From contig OZ024742.1 in the NCBI GenBank assembly GCA_964016885.1, forward strand, positions 40,982,001-41,046,000: a stretch of 64,000 nt of DNA. Reading direction: 5' to 3'. Source of the stretch: Eledone cirrhosa (taxonomy: Eukaryota). Below the pieces are notes generated by a model that worked only from the letters and a program-made list of their open reading frames with translations, did not search any database and was not told the origin of the DNA. Every line of letters starts with the position of its first letter. The first letter of the stretch is position 1. Both the position numbers and the translations under genes were made by a program. Shown here one piece after another: positions 1 to 18,000 of the stretch.

Positions 1-3000
1 CAACACCAACACTACCAGAACCTCCACCAACAATACCACCCAACACTACCACCACCACCAATACCACCCAACACTACCACCACCACCAATACCACCCAAC
101 ACTACCTCCACCACCAATACCACCCAACACTACCTCCACCACCAATACCACCCAACACTACCACCACCACCAATACCACCCAACACTACCACCACCACCA
201 ATACCACCCAACACTACCACCACCACCAATACCACCCAACACTACCACCACCAACAATACCACCCAACACTACCACCACCAACAATACCACCCAGCACTA
301 CCACCACCACCAATACCACCCAACACTACCACCACCACCAATACCACCCAACACTACCTTCACCACCAATACAACCCAACACTACCACCACCACCAATAC
401 CACCCAACACTACCTCCACCACCAATACCACCCAACACTACCACCACCAACAATACCACCCAGCACTACCACCACCACCAATACCACCCAACACTACCAC
501 CACCAACAATACCACCCAGCACTACCACCACCACCAATACCACAAAACACTACCTCCACCACCAAAACCACCCAACACTAACAGCACCACCAATACCACC
601 CAACACTACCACCACCACCAATACCACCCAGCACTACCACCACCACCAATACCACCCAGCACTACCACCACCAACAATACCACCCAACACTACCAATACC
701 ACCCAACACTACCACCTCCACCAATACCACCCAACACTACCTCCACCACCAATACCACCCAACACTACCACCACCACCAATACCACCCAACACTACCACC
801 ACCAATACCTCCAAACACTACCACCACCAACAATACCACCCAACACTACCACCACCAACGATACCACCCAACACTACCTCCACCACCAATAGCACCCAAC
901 ACTACCACCACCACCAATACCACCCAACACAACCACCACCAATACCTCCAAACACTACCACCACCAACAATACCACCCAACACTACCACCACCAACAATA
1001 CCACCCAACACTACCTCCACCAACAATACCACCCAACACTACCACCACCACCAATACCACCCAACACTACCACCACCAACAATACGACCCAACACAACCA
1101 CCACCACCAATACCACCCAACACTACCACCACCACCAATACCACCCAACACTACCACCACCACCAATACCACCCAACACTAACGCCACCACCAATAGCAT
1201 CCAACACTACCACCACCAATACCACCCAACACTACCACCACCACCAATACCACCCAACACCACCACCACCACAAATACCACCCAACACTACCACTACCAC
1301 CAATACCACCCAACACTACCTCCACCCAACACTACCTCCACCACCAATACCACCCAACACTACCACCACCAACAATACCACCCAACACTACCACCACCAA
1401 CAATACCACCCAACGCTACCACCACCAAAAATACCACCCAACACTACCACCACCAATACCACCCAACACTACCACCACCACCAATACCACCCAACACTAC
1501 CACCACCACCAACAACACCAACACTACCACCACCACCAATACCACCCAACACTACCACCACCAACAATACCACCAACAATACCACCCAACACTACCACCA
1601 CCAACAATACCACCCAACACTACCACCACCACCAATACCACCCAAAGCTACCACCACCACCAATACCACCCAACACTACCACCACCACCAACAACACCAA
1701 CGCTACCACCACCACCAATACCACCCAACACTACCTCCACCACCAATACCACCCAACACTACCTCCACCACCAATACCACCCAACACTACCTCCACCACC
1801 AATACCACCCAACACTACCACTACCACCAACAACACCAACACTACCAGAACCTCCACCAACAATACCACCCAAAACTACCACCACCACCAATACCACCCA
1901 ACACTACCACCACCACCAATACCACCCAACACTACCTCCACCACCAATACCACCCAACACTACCTCCACCACCAATACCACCCAACACTACCACCACCAC
2001 CAACAACACCAACACTCATACGACCAACAACAACACCAACACTACCACCAACAACAATACCACCCGACACTACCACCACCACCAATACCACCCAACACTA
2101 CCACCACCACCAATACCACCCAACACTACCACCACCAACAATACCACCCAACACTACTTCCACCACCACCAACAATACCACCCAACACTACCACCACCAC
2201 CAATACCACCCAACACTACCATCACCACCAATACCACCCAACACTACCACCACCAACAATACCACCCAACACTACCACCACCACCAATACCACCCAATAC
2301 TACCACCACCAACAATGCCACCCAACACTACCACCACCAATACCACCCAACAGTACCACCTCCACCAATACCACCCAACACTACCACCACCAACAACAAC
2401 ACCAACACTACCACCACCAACAATACCACCCAACACTACCACCACTACCAATACCACCCAACACTACCACCACCACCAATACCACCCAACACTACCACCA
2501 CCACCAATTCCACCCAACACTACCTCCACCACCAATACCACCCAACACTACCACCACCAACAATACCACCCAACACTACCTCCACCACCAATACCACCCA
2601 ACACTACCTCCACCACCAATACCACCCAACACTACCACCACCACCAATACCACCCAACACTACCACCACCAACAATACCACCCAACACTACCTCCACCAA
2701 CAACACCAACACTACCACCACCAACAATACCACCCAACACTACCACCACCACCAATACCACCCAACACTACCACCACCACCAATACCACCCAACACTACC
2801 ACCACCACCAATACCACCCAACACTATCTCCACCAACAACACCAACACTACCACCACCAACACTACCACCACCAACAATACCACACAACACTACCACCAC
2901 CACCACCACCAATACCACCTAACACTACCACCGCCACCAATACCACCCAACACTACCACCACCACCAATACCACACAACACTACCACCACCAACAATACC

Positions 3001-6000
3001 ACCCAACACTACCACCACCACCAATACCACCCAAAATTACCACCACCACCAATACCACCCAACACTACCACCACCACCAATACCACCCAACACTACCACC
3101 ACCATCAATACAACCCAACACTACCACCACCAACAATACCACCCAACACTACCACCACCAACAATACCACCCAACACTACCACCACCAACAATATCACCC
3201 AACACTACCACCACCACCAATACCACCCAACGCTACCACCACCAACAATACCACCCAACCTTACCACCACCAACAATACCACCCAACACTACCACCACCA
3301 CCAATACCACCCAACGCTACCACCACCAACAATACCACCCAACCTTAACATCACCAACAATACCACCCAACCTTACATACTCCACCAATACCACCCAACG
3401 CTACCACAATTACCAACAGCACCAACACTACCACCACCACCAATACCGCCCAACACTACCACCACCACCAATACCACCCAACACTACCACCACCCCAATA
3501 CCACCCAACACTACCACCACAACCAATACCACCCAACACTACCTCCACCAACAACACCAACACTACCACCACCAACACTACCACCACCAACAATACCACC
3601 CAACACTACCACCACCACCAATACCACACAACACTACCACCACCACCAATACCACCCAACACTACCACCACCACCAATACCACCCAACACTACCACCACC
3701 ACCAATACCACCCAACACTACCACCACCATCAATACCACCCAACACTACCACCACCAACAATACCACCCAACACTACCACCACCAACAATACCACCCAAC
3801 ACTACCACCACCAATAATACCACCCAACACTACTACCACCACCAATACCACCCAACGCTACCACCACCACCAATACCACCCAACACTACCACCACCAACA
3901 ACAACACCAACGCTACCACCACCACCGATACCAACCAACACTACCACCACCAACAATACCACCCAACACTACCACCACCAACAATACCACCCAACACTAC
4001 CACCACCAACAATACCACCCAACACTACCACCACCAACAATACCACCCAACACTACTACCACCACCAATACCACCCAACGCTACCACCACCACCAATACC
4101 ACCCAACACTACCTCCACCAACAATACCACCCAACACTACCACCACCAACAATACCACCCAACACTACCACCACCAACAATACCACCCAACACTACCACC
4201 ACCAACAATACCACCCAACACTACCACCACCACCAATACCACCCAACGCTACCACCACCAACAATACCACCCAACCTTACCACCACCAACAATACCACCC
4301 AACACTACCACCACCACCAATACCACCCAACGCTACCACCACCAACAATACCACCCAACCTTACCACCACCAACAATACCACCCAAACTTACCACCACCA
4401 CCAATACCACCCAACGCTACCACAACCACCAACAGCACCAACACTACCACCACCACCAATACCACCCAACACTACCACCACCAACAATACCGCCCAACAC
4501 TACCACCACCACCAATACCACCCAACACTACCACCACCACCAATACCACCCAACACTACCACCACCACCAATACCACCCAACACTACCTCCACCAACAAC
4601 ACCAACACTACCACCACCAACACTACCACCACCAACAATACCACCCAACACTACCACCACCACCAATACCACCCAACACTACCACCACCACCAATACCAC
4701 CCAACACTACCACCACCAACAATACCACCCAACACTACCACCACCAACAATACCACCCAACACTACTACCACCACCAATACCACCCAACGCTACCACCAC
4801 CACCAATACCACCCAACACTACCTCCACCAACAATACCACCCAACACTACCACCACCAACAATACCACCCAACACTACCACCACCAACAATACCACCCAA
4901 CACTACCACCACCAACAATACCACCCAACACTACCACCACCACCACCAATACCACCCAACGCTACCACCACCAACAATACCACCCAACCTTACCACCACC
5001 AACAATACCACCCAACACTACCACCACCACCAATATCACCCAACGCTACCACCACCAACAATACCACCCAACCTTACCACCACCAACAATACCACCCAAC
5101 CTTACCACCACCACCAATACCACCCAACGCTACCACAACCAACAACAGCACCAACACTACCACCACCACCAATACCACCCAACACTACCTCCACATACAA
5201 CACCAACACTACCACCACCAACACTACCACCACCAACAATACCACCCAACACTACCACCACCACCAATACCACCCAACAATACCACCACCACCAATACCA
5301 CCCAACACTACCACCACCACCAATACCACACAACACTACCACCACCAACAATACCACCCAACACTACCACCACCACCAATACCACGCAACACTACCACCA
5401 CCACCAATACCACCCAACACTACCACCACCACCAATACCACCCAACACTACCACCACCATCAATACCACCCAGCACTACCACCACCAACAATACCACCCA
5501 ACACTACCACCACCAACAATACCACCCAACACTACCACCACCAACAATACCACCCAACACTACTACCACCACCAATACCACCCAACGTTACCACCACCAC
5601 CAATACCACCCAACACTACCACCACCAACAACAACCCCAACGCTACCACCACCACCAATACCACCCAACACTACCACCACCAACAATACCACCCAACACT
5701 ACCACCACCAACAATACCACCCAACACTACCACCACCAACAATACCACCCAACACTACCACCACCACCAATACCACCCAACGCTACCACCACCAACAATA
5801 CCACCCAACACTACCACCACCAACAATACCACCCAACACTACCACCACCAACAATACCACCCAACACTACCACCACCACCAATACCACCCAACGCTACCA
5901 CCACCAACAATACAACCCAACACTACCACCACCAACAATACCACCCAACACCACCACCACCACAATACCACCCAACACTACCACCACCAACAATACCACC

Positions 6001-9000
6001 CAACACTACCATCACCACCAATACCACCCAACACTACCTCCACCAACAATACCACCCAACACTACCACCACCACCAATACCACCCAATACTACCACCACC
6101 AACAATGCCACCCAACACTACCACCACCAATACCACCCAACAGTACCACCTCCACCAATACCACCCAACACTACCACCACCAACAACAACACCAACACTA
6201 CCACCACCAACAATACCACCCAACACTACCACCACTACCAATACCACCCAACACTACCACCACCACCAATACCACCCAACACTACCACCACCACCAATTC
6301 CACCCAACACTACCTCCACCACCAATACCACCCAACACTACCACCACCAACAATACCACCCAACACTACCTCCACCACCAATACCACCCAACACTACCTC
6401 CACCACCAATACCACCCAACACTACCACCACCACCAATACCACCCAACACTACCACCACCAACAATACCACCCAACACTACCTCCACCAACAACACCAAC
6501 ACTACCACCACCAACAATACCACCCAACACTACCACCACCACCAATACCACCCAACACTACCACCACCACCAATAGCACCCAACACTACCACCACCACCA
6601 ATACCACCCAACACTATCTCCACCAACAACACCAACACTACCACCACCAACACTACCACCACCAACAATACCACACAACACTACCACCACCACCACCACC
6701 AATACCACCTAACACTACCACCGCCACCAATACCACCCAACACTACCACCACCACCAATACCACACAACACTACCACCACCAACAATACCACCCAACACT
6801 ACCACCACCACCAATACCACCCAAAATTACCACCACCACCAATACCACCCAACACTACCACCACCACCAATACCACCCAACACTACCACCACCATCAATA
6901 CAACCCAACACTACCACCACCAACAATACCACCCAACACTACCACCACCAACAATACCACCCAACACTACCACCACCAACAATATCACCCAACACTACCA
7001 CCACCACCAATACCACCCAACGCTACCACCACCAACAATACCACCCAACCTTAACATCACCAACAATACCACCCAACCTTACCACCACCACCAATACCAC
7101 CCAACGCTACCACAATTACCAACAGCACCAACACTACCACCACCACCAATACCGCCCAACACTACCACCACCACCAATACCACCCAACACTACCACCACC
7201 CCAATACCACCCAACACTACCACCACCACCAATACCACCCAACACTACCTCCACCAACAACACCAACACTACCACCACCAACACTACCACCACCAACAAT
7301 ACCACCCAACACTACCACCACCACCAATACCACACAACACTACCACCACCACCAATACCACCCAACACTACCACCACCACCAATACCACCCAACACTACC
7401 ACCACCACCAATACCACCCAACACTACCACCACCATCAATACCACCCAACACTACCACCACCAACAATACCACCCAACACTACCACCACCAACAATACCA
7501 CCCAACACTACCACCACCAATAATACCACCCAACACTACTACCACCACCAATACCACCCAACGCTACCACCACCACCAATACCACCCAACACTACCACCA
7601 CCAACAACAACACCAACGCTACCACCACCACCGATACCAACCAACACTACCACCACCAACAATACCACCCAACCTTACCACCACCAACAATACCACCCAA
7701 CACTACCACCACCACCAATACCACCCAACGCTACCACCACCAACAATACCACCCAACCTTACCACCACCAACAATACCACCCAAACTTACCACCACCACC
7801 AATACCACCCAACGCTACCACAACCACCAACAGCACCAACACTACCACCACCACCAATACCACCCAACACTACCACCACCAACAATACCGCCCAACACTA
7901 CCACCACCACCAATACCACCCAACACTACCACCACCACCAATACCACCCAACACTACCACCACCACCAATACCACCCAACACTACCTCCACCAACAACAC
8001 CAACACTACCACCACCAACACTACCACCACCAACACTACCACCACCAACAATACCACCCAACACTACCACCACTACCAATACCACCCAACACTACCACCA
8101 CCACCAATACCACCCAACACTACCACCACCAACAATACCACCCAACACTACCACCACCAACAATACCACCCAACATTACTACCACCACCAATACCACCCA
8201 ACGCTACCACCACCACCAATACCACCCAACACTACCTCCACCAACAATACCACCCAACACTACCACCACCAACAATACCACCCAACACTACCACCACCAA
8301 CAATACCACCCAACACTACCACCACCAACAATACCACCCAACACTACCACCACCACCAATACCACCCAACGCTACCACCACCAACAATACCGCCCAACCT
8401 TACCACCACCAACAATACCACCCAACACTACCACCACCACCAATATCACCCAACGCTACCACCACCAACAATACCACCCAACCTTACCACCACCAACAAT
8501 ACCACCCAACCTTACCACCACCACCAATACCACCCAACGCTACCACAACCAACAACAGCACCAACACTACCACCACCACCAATACCACCCAACACTACCT
8601 CCACATACAACACCAACACTACCACCACCAACACTACCACCACCAACAATACCACCCAACACTACCACCACCACCAATACCACCCAACACTACCACCACC
8701 ACCAATACCACCCAACACTACCACCACCACCAATACCACACAACACTACCACCACCAACAATACCACCCAACACTACCACCACCACCAATACCACCCAAC
8801 ACTACCACCACCACCAATACCACCCAACACTACCACTACCACCAATACCACCCAACACTACCACCACCATCAATACCACCCAGCACTACCACCACCAACA
8901 ATACCACCCAACACTACCACCACCAACAATACCACCCAACACTACCACCACCAACAATACCACCCAACACTACTACCACCACCAATACCACCCAACGTTA

Positions 9001-12000
9001 CCACCACCACCAATACCACCCAACACTACCACCACCAACAACAACCCCAACGCTACCACCACCACCAATACCACCCAACACTACCACCACCAACAATACC
9101 ACCCAACACTACCACCACCAACAATACCACCCAACACTACCACCACCAACAATACCACCCAACACTACCACCACCACCAATACCACCCAACGCTACCACC
9201 ACCAACAATACCACCCAACACTACCACCACCAACAATACCACCCAACACTACCACCACCAACAATACCACCCAACACTACCACCACCACCAATACCACCC
9301 AACGCTACCACCACCAACAATACCACCCAACACTACCACCACCAACAATACCACCCAACACCACCACCACCACAATACCACCCAACACTACCACCACCAA
9401 CAATACCACCCAACACTACCATCACCACCAATACCACCCAACACTACCACCACCAACAATACCACCCAACCTTACCACCACCAACAATACCACCCAACAC
9501 TACCACCACCACCAATACCACCCAACGCTACCACCACCAACAATACCACCCAACCTTACCACCACCAACAATACCACCCAACCTTACCACCACCACCAAT
9601 ACCACCCAACGCTACCACAACCACCAACAGCACCAACACTACCACCGCCACCAATACCACCCAACACTACCACCACCAACAATACCGTCCAACACTACCA
9701 CGACCACCAATACCACCCAACACCACCACCAACAACAATACCGCCCAACACTACCACCACCACCAATACCACACAACACTACCACCACCAACAATATCAC
9801 CCAACACTACCACCACCACCAATACCACCCAACACTACCACCACCACCAATACCACCCAACACTACCACCACCACCAATACCACCGAACACTACCACCAC
9901 CAACAATACCACCCAACACTACCAACACCACCAATACCACCCAAAACTACCACCACCACCACCAACAATACCGCCCAACACTACCTCCACCACCACCACC
10001 AATAAAACCCAACACTACCACCACCAACAATACCACCCAACACTACCACCACCACCAATACAACCCAACACTACCACCACCACCACCAACAATACCGCCC
10101 AACACTACCTCCACCACCACCACCAATAAAACCCAACACTACCACCACCAACAATACCACCCAACACTACCACCACCACCAATACCACCCAACACTACCA
10201 CCACCACCACTAACAATACCGCCCAACACTACCTCCACCACCACCACCAATAAAACCCAACACTACCACCACCAACAATACCACCCAACACTACCACCAC
10301 CACCAATACAACCCAACACTACCACCACCACCACCAATACCACCCAACACTACCACCACCACCAATACCACCCAACACTACCACCACCAACAATACCACC
10401 CAACACTACCACCACCACCAACAACACCAACACTACCACCACCAACAATACCGCCCAACACTACCACCACCATCAATACCACCCAACACTACCACCACCA
10501 CCACCAACAATACCACCCAACACCACCACGACCACAATACCACCCAACACTACCACCACCAACAATACCACCCAACACTACCACCACCACCAATACCACC
10601 CAACACTACCACCACCATCAATACCACCCAACACTACCTCCACCACCAATACCACCCAACACCACCACCAACAATAGCACCCAACACTACCACCACCACC
10701 AATACCACCCAACACTACCTCTACCACCAATACCACCCAACACCACCACCAACAATACCACCCAACACTACCACCACCACCAATACCACCCAACACTACC
10801 TCCACCACCAATACCACCCAACACCACCACCAACAATACCACCCAACACTACCACCACCACCAATACCACCCAACGCTACCACCACCAACAATACCACCC
10901 AACCTTACCACCACCAACAATACCACCCAACCTTACCACCACCACCAATACCACCCAATGCTACCACAACCACCAACAGCACCAACACTACCACCACCAC
11001 CAATACCACCCAACACTACCTCCACCAACAACACCAACACTACCACCACCAACACTACCACCACCAACAATACCACCCAAACACTACCACCACCACCAAT
11101 ACCACCCAACACTACCACCACCACCAATACCACCCAACACTACCACCACCACCAATACCACACAACACTACCACCACCAACAATACCACCCAACACTACC
11201 ACCACCACCAATACCACCCAACACTACCACCACCACCAATACCACCCAACACTACCACCACCACCAATACCACACAACACTACCACCACCAACAATCCCA
11301 CCCAGCACTACCACCACCAACAATACCACCCAACAATACTACCACCACCAATACCACCCAACGCTACCACCACCCCCAATACCACCCAACACTACCACCA
11401 CCAACAACAACACCAACGCTACCACCACCACCAATACCACCCAACACTACCACCACCAACAATACCACCCAACACTACCACCACCAACAATACCACCCAA
11501 CCTTACCACCACCAACAATACCACCCAACACTACCACCACCACCAATACCACCCAACGCTACCACCACCAACAATACCACCCAACCTTACCACCACCAAC
11601 AATACCACCCAACACTACCACCACCAACAATACCACCCAACACTACCACCACCACCAATACCACCCAACGCTACCACCACCAACAATACCACCCAACCTT
11701 ACCACCACCACCAACAATACCACCCAACCTTACCACCACCACCAATACCACCCAACGCTACCACAACCACCAACAGCACCAACACTACCACCAACACCAC
11801 CAACAATACCGCCCAACACTACCTCCACCACCACCACCAATAAAACCCAACACTACCACCACCAACAATACCACCCAACACTACCACCACCACCAATACA
11901 ACCCAACACTACCACCACCACCACCAATACCACCCAACACCACCACCACGAACAATACCGCCCAACACTACCACCACCACCAATACCACCCAACACTACC

Positions 12001-15000
12001 ACCACCAACAATATCACCCAACACTACCACCACCACCAATACCACCCAACACTACCACCACCAACAATACCGCCCAACACTACCACCACCACCAATACCA
12101 CCCAACACTACCACCACCAACAATACCACCCAACACTACCACCACCACCAATACCACCCAACACTACCACCACCACCAATACCACCCAACACTACCACCA
12201 ACACCACCAACAATACCGCCCAACACTACCTCCACCACCACCACCAATAAAACCCAACACTACCACCACTAACAATACCACCCAACACTACCACCACCAC
12301 CAATACAACCCAACACTACCACCACCACCACCAATACCACCCAACACTACCACCACCACCAATACCACCCAACACTACCACCACCAACAATACCACCCAA
12401 CACTACCACCACCACCAACAACACCAACACTACCACCACCAACAATACCGCCTAACACTACCACCACCATCAATACCACCCAACACTACCACCTACACCA
12501 CCAACAATACAACCCAACACCACCACCACCACAATACCACCCAACACTACCACCACCAACAATACCACCCAACACTACCACCACCACCAATACCACCCAA
12601 CACTACCACCACCATCAATACCACCCAACACTACCTCCACCACCAATACCACCCAACACCACCACCAACAATACCACCCAACACTACCACCACCACCAAT
12701 ACCACCCAACACTACCTCCACCACCAATACCACCCAACTTCACCACCACCAATACCACCCAACACTACCTCCACCACCAATACCACCCAACACTACCTCC
12801 ACCACCAATACCACCCAACACTACCACCACCACCAATACCACCCAACACTACCACCACCACCAATAACACCCAACACTACCACCACCAACAATACCACAC
12901 AACACTACCACCACCACCAATACCACCCAACACTACCACCGCCACCAATACCACCCAACACTACCACCACCGCCAATACCACCCAACACTACCACCACCA
13001 CCAATACGACCCAACACTACCACCACCACCACCACCAATGCCACCCAACACTACCTCCACCACCAATACCACCCAACACTACCACCACCACCAATACCAC
13101 CCAACACTACCACCACCATCAATACCACCCAACACTACCACCACCAACAATACTACCCAACACTACCACCACCAACAATACCACCCAACACTACCACCAC
13201 CACCAACAACACCAACACTACCACCACCAACAATACCGCCCAACACTACCACCACCATCAATACCACCCAACACTACCACCACCACCACCATCAATACCA
13301 CCCAACACTACCATCACCACCACCATCAATACCACCCAACACTACCACCACCACCACCAACAATACCACCCAACACCACCACCACCATCAATACCACCCA
13401 ACACCACCACCACCAACAATACCACCCAACACTACCACCACCAACAATACTACCCAACACTACCACCACCAACAATACCACCCAACACTACCACCACCAC
13501 CAATACCACCCAACACTACCACCACCATCAATACCACCCAACACTACCTCCACCACCAATACAACCCAACACCACCACCAACAATACCACCCAACACTAC
13601 CACCACCACCAATACCACCCAACACTACCTCCACCACCAATACCACCCAACACTACCACCACCAACAATACCACCCAACACTACCACCACTACCAATACC
13701 ACCCAACACTACCTCCACCACCAATACCACCCAACACTACCTCCACCACCAATACCACCCAACACTACCACCACCACCAATACCACCCAACACTACCACC
13801 ACCACCAATACCACCAACACTACCACCACCTACAATACCACACAACACTACCACCACCACCAATACCACCCAACACTACCACCACCACCAATACCACCCA
13901 ACACTACCACCACCACCAATACCTCCCAACACTACCACCACCACCAATACGACCCAACACTACCACCACCACCAATACCACCCAACACTACCTCCACCAC
14001 CAATACCACCCAACACTACCATCACCACCAATACCACCCAACACTACCACCACCATCAATACCACCCAACACTACCACCACCAACAATACTACCCAACAC
14101 TACCACCACCAACAATACCACCCAACACTACCACCACCAACAATACCACCCAACACTACTACCACCACCAATACCACCCAACGCTACCACCACCACCAAT
14201 ACCACCCAACACTACCACCACCAACAACAACACCAACACTACCACCACCACCAATACCACCCAACATTACCTCCACCACCAATACCACCCAACACTACCA
14301 CCACCACCAATACCACCCAACACTACCACCACCATCAATACCACCCAACACTACCACCACCAACAATACCACCCAACACAACCACCACCACCAATACAAC
14401 CCAACACTACCACCACCACCACCAATACCACCCAACACTACCACCACCACCAATACCACCCAACACTACCACCACCAACAATACCACCCAACACTACCAC
14501 CACCACCAACAACACCAACACTACCACCACCAACAATACCGCCCAACACTACCACCACCATCAATACCACCCAACACTACCACCACCACCACCAACAATA
14601 CCACCCAACACCACCACCACCACAATACCACCCAACACTACCACCACCAACAATACCACCCAACACTACCACCACCACCAATACCACCCAACACTACCTC
14701 TACCGCCAATACCACCCAACACTACCACCACCACCAATACCACCCAACACTACCACCACCAACAATACCACCCAACACTACCACCACCACCAACAACACC
14801 AACACTACCACCACCAACAATACCGCCCAACACTACCACCACCATCAATACCACCCAACACTACCACCACCACCACCAACAATACCACCCAACACCACCA
14901 CCACCACAATACCACCCAACACTACCACCACCACCAATACCACCCAACACTACCACCACCACCAATACCACCCAACACTACCACCACCACCAATACCACC

Positions 15001-18000
15001 CAACACTACCACCACCACCAATACCACCCAACACTACCTCCACCACCAATACCACCCAACACCACCACCAACAATACCACCCAACACTACCACCACCACC
15101 AATGCCACCCAACACTACCTCCACCACCAATACCACCCAACACCACCACCAACAATACCACCCAACACTACCACCACCACCAATACCACCCAACACTACC
15201 TCCACCACCAATACCACCCAACACTACCTCCACCACCAATACCACCCAACACTACCACCACCACCAATACCACCCAACACTACCACCACCACCAATACCA
15301 CCCAACACTACCACCACCAACAATACCACACAACACTACCACCACCACCAATACCACCCAACACTACCACCGCCACCAATACCACCCAACACTACCACCA
15401 CCGCCAATACCACCCAACACTACCACCACCACCAATACGACCCAACACTACCACCACCACCAATGCCACCCAACACTACCACCACCAACAATACCACCCA
15501 ACACTACCACCACCAACAATACCACCCAACACTACCACCACCACCAACAACACCAACACTACCACCACCAACAATACCGCCCAACACTACCACCACCATC
15601 AATACCACCCAACACTACCATCACCACCACCACCACCATCAATACCACCCAACACTACCACCACCACCACCAACAATACCACCCAACACCACCACCACCA
15701 TCAATACCACCCAACACTACCACCACCAACAATACCACCCAACACTACCACCACCACCAATACCACCCAACACTACCACCACCATCAATACCACCCAACA
15801 CTACCTCCACCACCAATACCACCCAACACCACCACCAACAATACCACCCAACACTACCACCACTACCAATACCACCCAACACTACCTCCACCACCAATAC
15901 CACCCAACACTACCTCCACCACCAATACCACCCAACACTACCACCACCACCAATACCACCCAACACTACCACCACCACCAATACCACCCAACACTACCAC
16001 CACCACCAATACCACCCAACACTACCACCACCACCAATACCTCCCAACACTACCACCACCAACAATACCACCCAACACTACCACCACCACCAATACCACC
16101 CAACACTACCACCACCACCAATACCACCCAACACTACCACCACCACCAATACCTCCCAACACTACCTCCACCACCAATACCACCCAACACTACCACCACC
16201 ACCAATACGACCCAACACTACCACCACCACCAATACCACCCAACACTACCTCCACCACCAATACCACCCAACACTACCATCACCACCAATACCACCCAAC
16301 ACTACCACCACCATCAATACCACCCAACACTACCACCACCAACAATACTACCCAACACTACCACCACCAACAATACCACCCAACACTACCACCACCAACA
16401 ATACCACCCAACACTACTACCACCACCAATACCACCCAACGCTACCACCACCACCAATACCACCCAACACTACCACCACCAACAACAACACCAACACTAC
16501 CACCACCACCAATACCACCCAACATTACCTCCACCACCAATACCACCCAACACTACCTACCACCACCAATACCACCCAACACTACCACCACCATCAATAC
16601 CACCCAACACTACCACCACCAACAATAACACCCAACACTACCACCACCACCACCAACAATACCACCCAACACTACCACCACCAACAATACCACCCAACAC
16701 TACCACCACCAACAATACCACCCAACACTACCTCCACCACCACCAACAATACCACCCAACACTACAACCACCACCACAAACAATACCACCCAACACTACC
16801 ACCACCACCAATACCACCCAACATTACCTCCACCACCAATACCACCCAACACTACCACCACCACCAATACCACCCAACACTACCACCACCATCAATACCA
16901 CCCAACACTACCACCACCAACAATAACACCCAACACTACCTCCACCACCACCAACAATACCACCCAACACTACCACCACCAACAATACCACCCAACACTA
17001 CCACCACCAACAATACCACCCAACACTACCTCCACCACCACCAACAATACCACCCAACACTACAACCACCACCACCAACAATACCACCCAACACTACCAC
17101 CACCACCAATACCACCCAACATTACCTCCACCACCAATACCACCCAACACTAACACCACCACCAATACCACCCAACACTACCACCACCATCAATACCACC
17201 CAACACTACCACCACCAACAATAACACCCAACACTACCTCCACCACCACCAACAATACCACCCAACACTACCACCACCAACAATACCACCCAACACTACC
17301 ACCACCAACAATACCACCCAACACTACCTCCACCACCACCAACAATACCACCCAACACTACAACCACCACCACCAACAATACCACCCAACACTACCACCA
17401 CCACCAATACCACCCAACACTACCACCACCAACAATACCACCCAACACTACCACCACCAACAATACCACCCAACACTACCACCACCAACAATACCACCCA
17501 ACACTACCACCACCAACAATACCACCCAACACTACCACCACTAACAATACCACCCAACACTACCACCACATACAATACCACCCAACACTACCACCACCAA
17601 CAATACCACCCAACACTACCACCACCAACAATACCACCCAACACTACCACCACCAACAATACCACCCAACACTACCACCACCAACAATACCACCCAACAC
17701 TACCACCACCAACAATACCACCCAACACTACCACCACCAACAATACCACCCATACTACCACCACCAACAATACCACCCAACACTACCACCACCAACAATA
17801 CCACCCAACACTACCACCACCAACAATACCACCCAACACTACCACCACCAACAATACCACCCAACACTACCACCACCAACAATACCACCCAACACTACCA
17901 CCACCAACAATACCACCCAACACTACCACCACTAACAATACCACCCAACACTACCACCACATACAATACCACCCAACACTACCACCGCCAACAATACCAC

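Noticed and set aside
2315-16926. 430-1196 aa Pro/Thr/His-rich ORFs as mucin/extensin genes
   Set aside because: They are entirely explained by a stop-free 28-bp repeat cycling through frames. Starts are sporadic point variants, and there is no signal peptide or unique domain.
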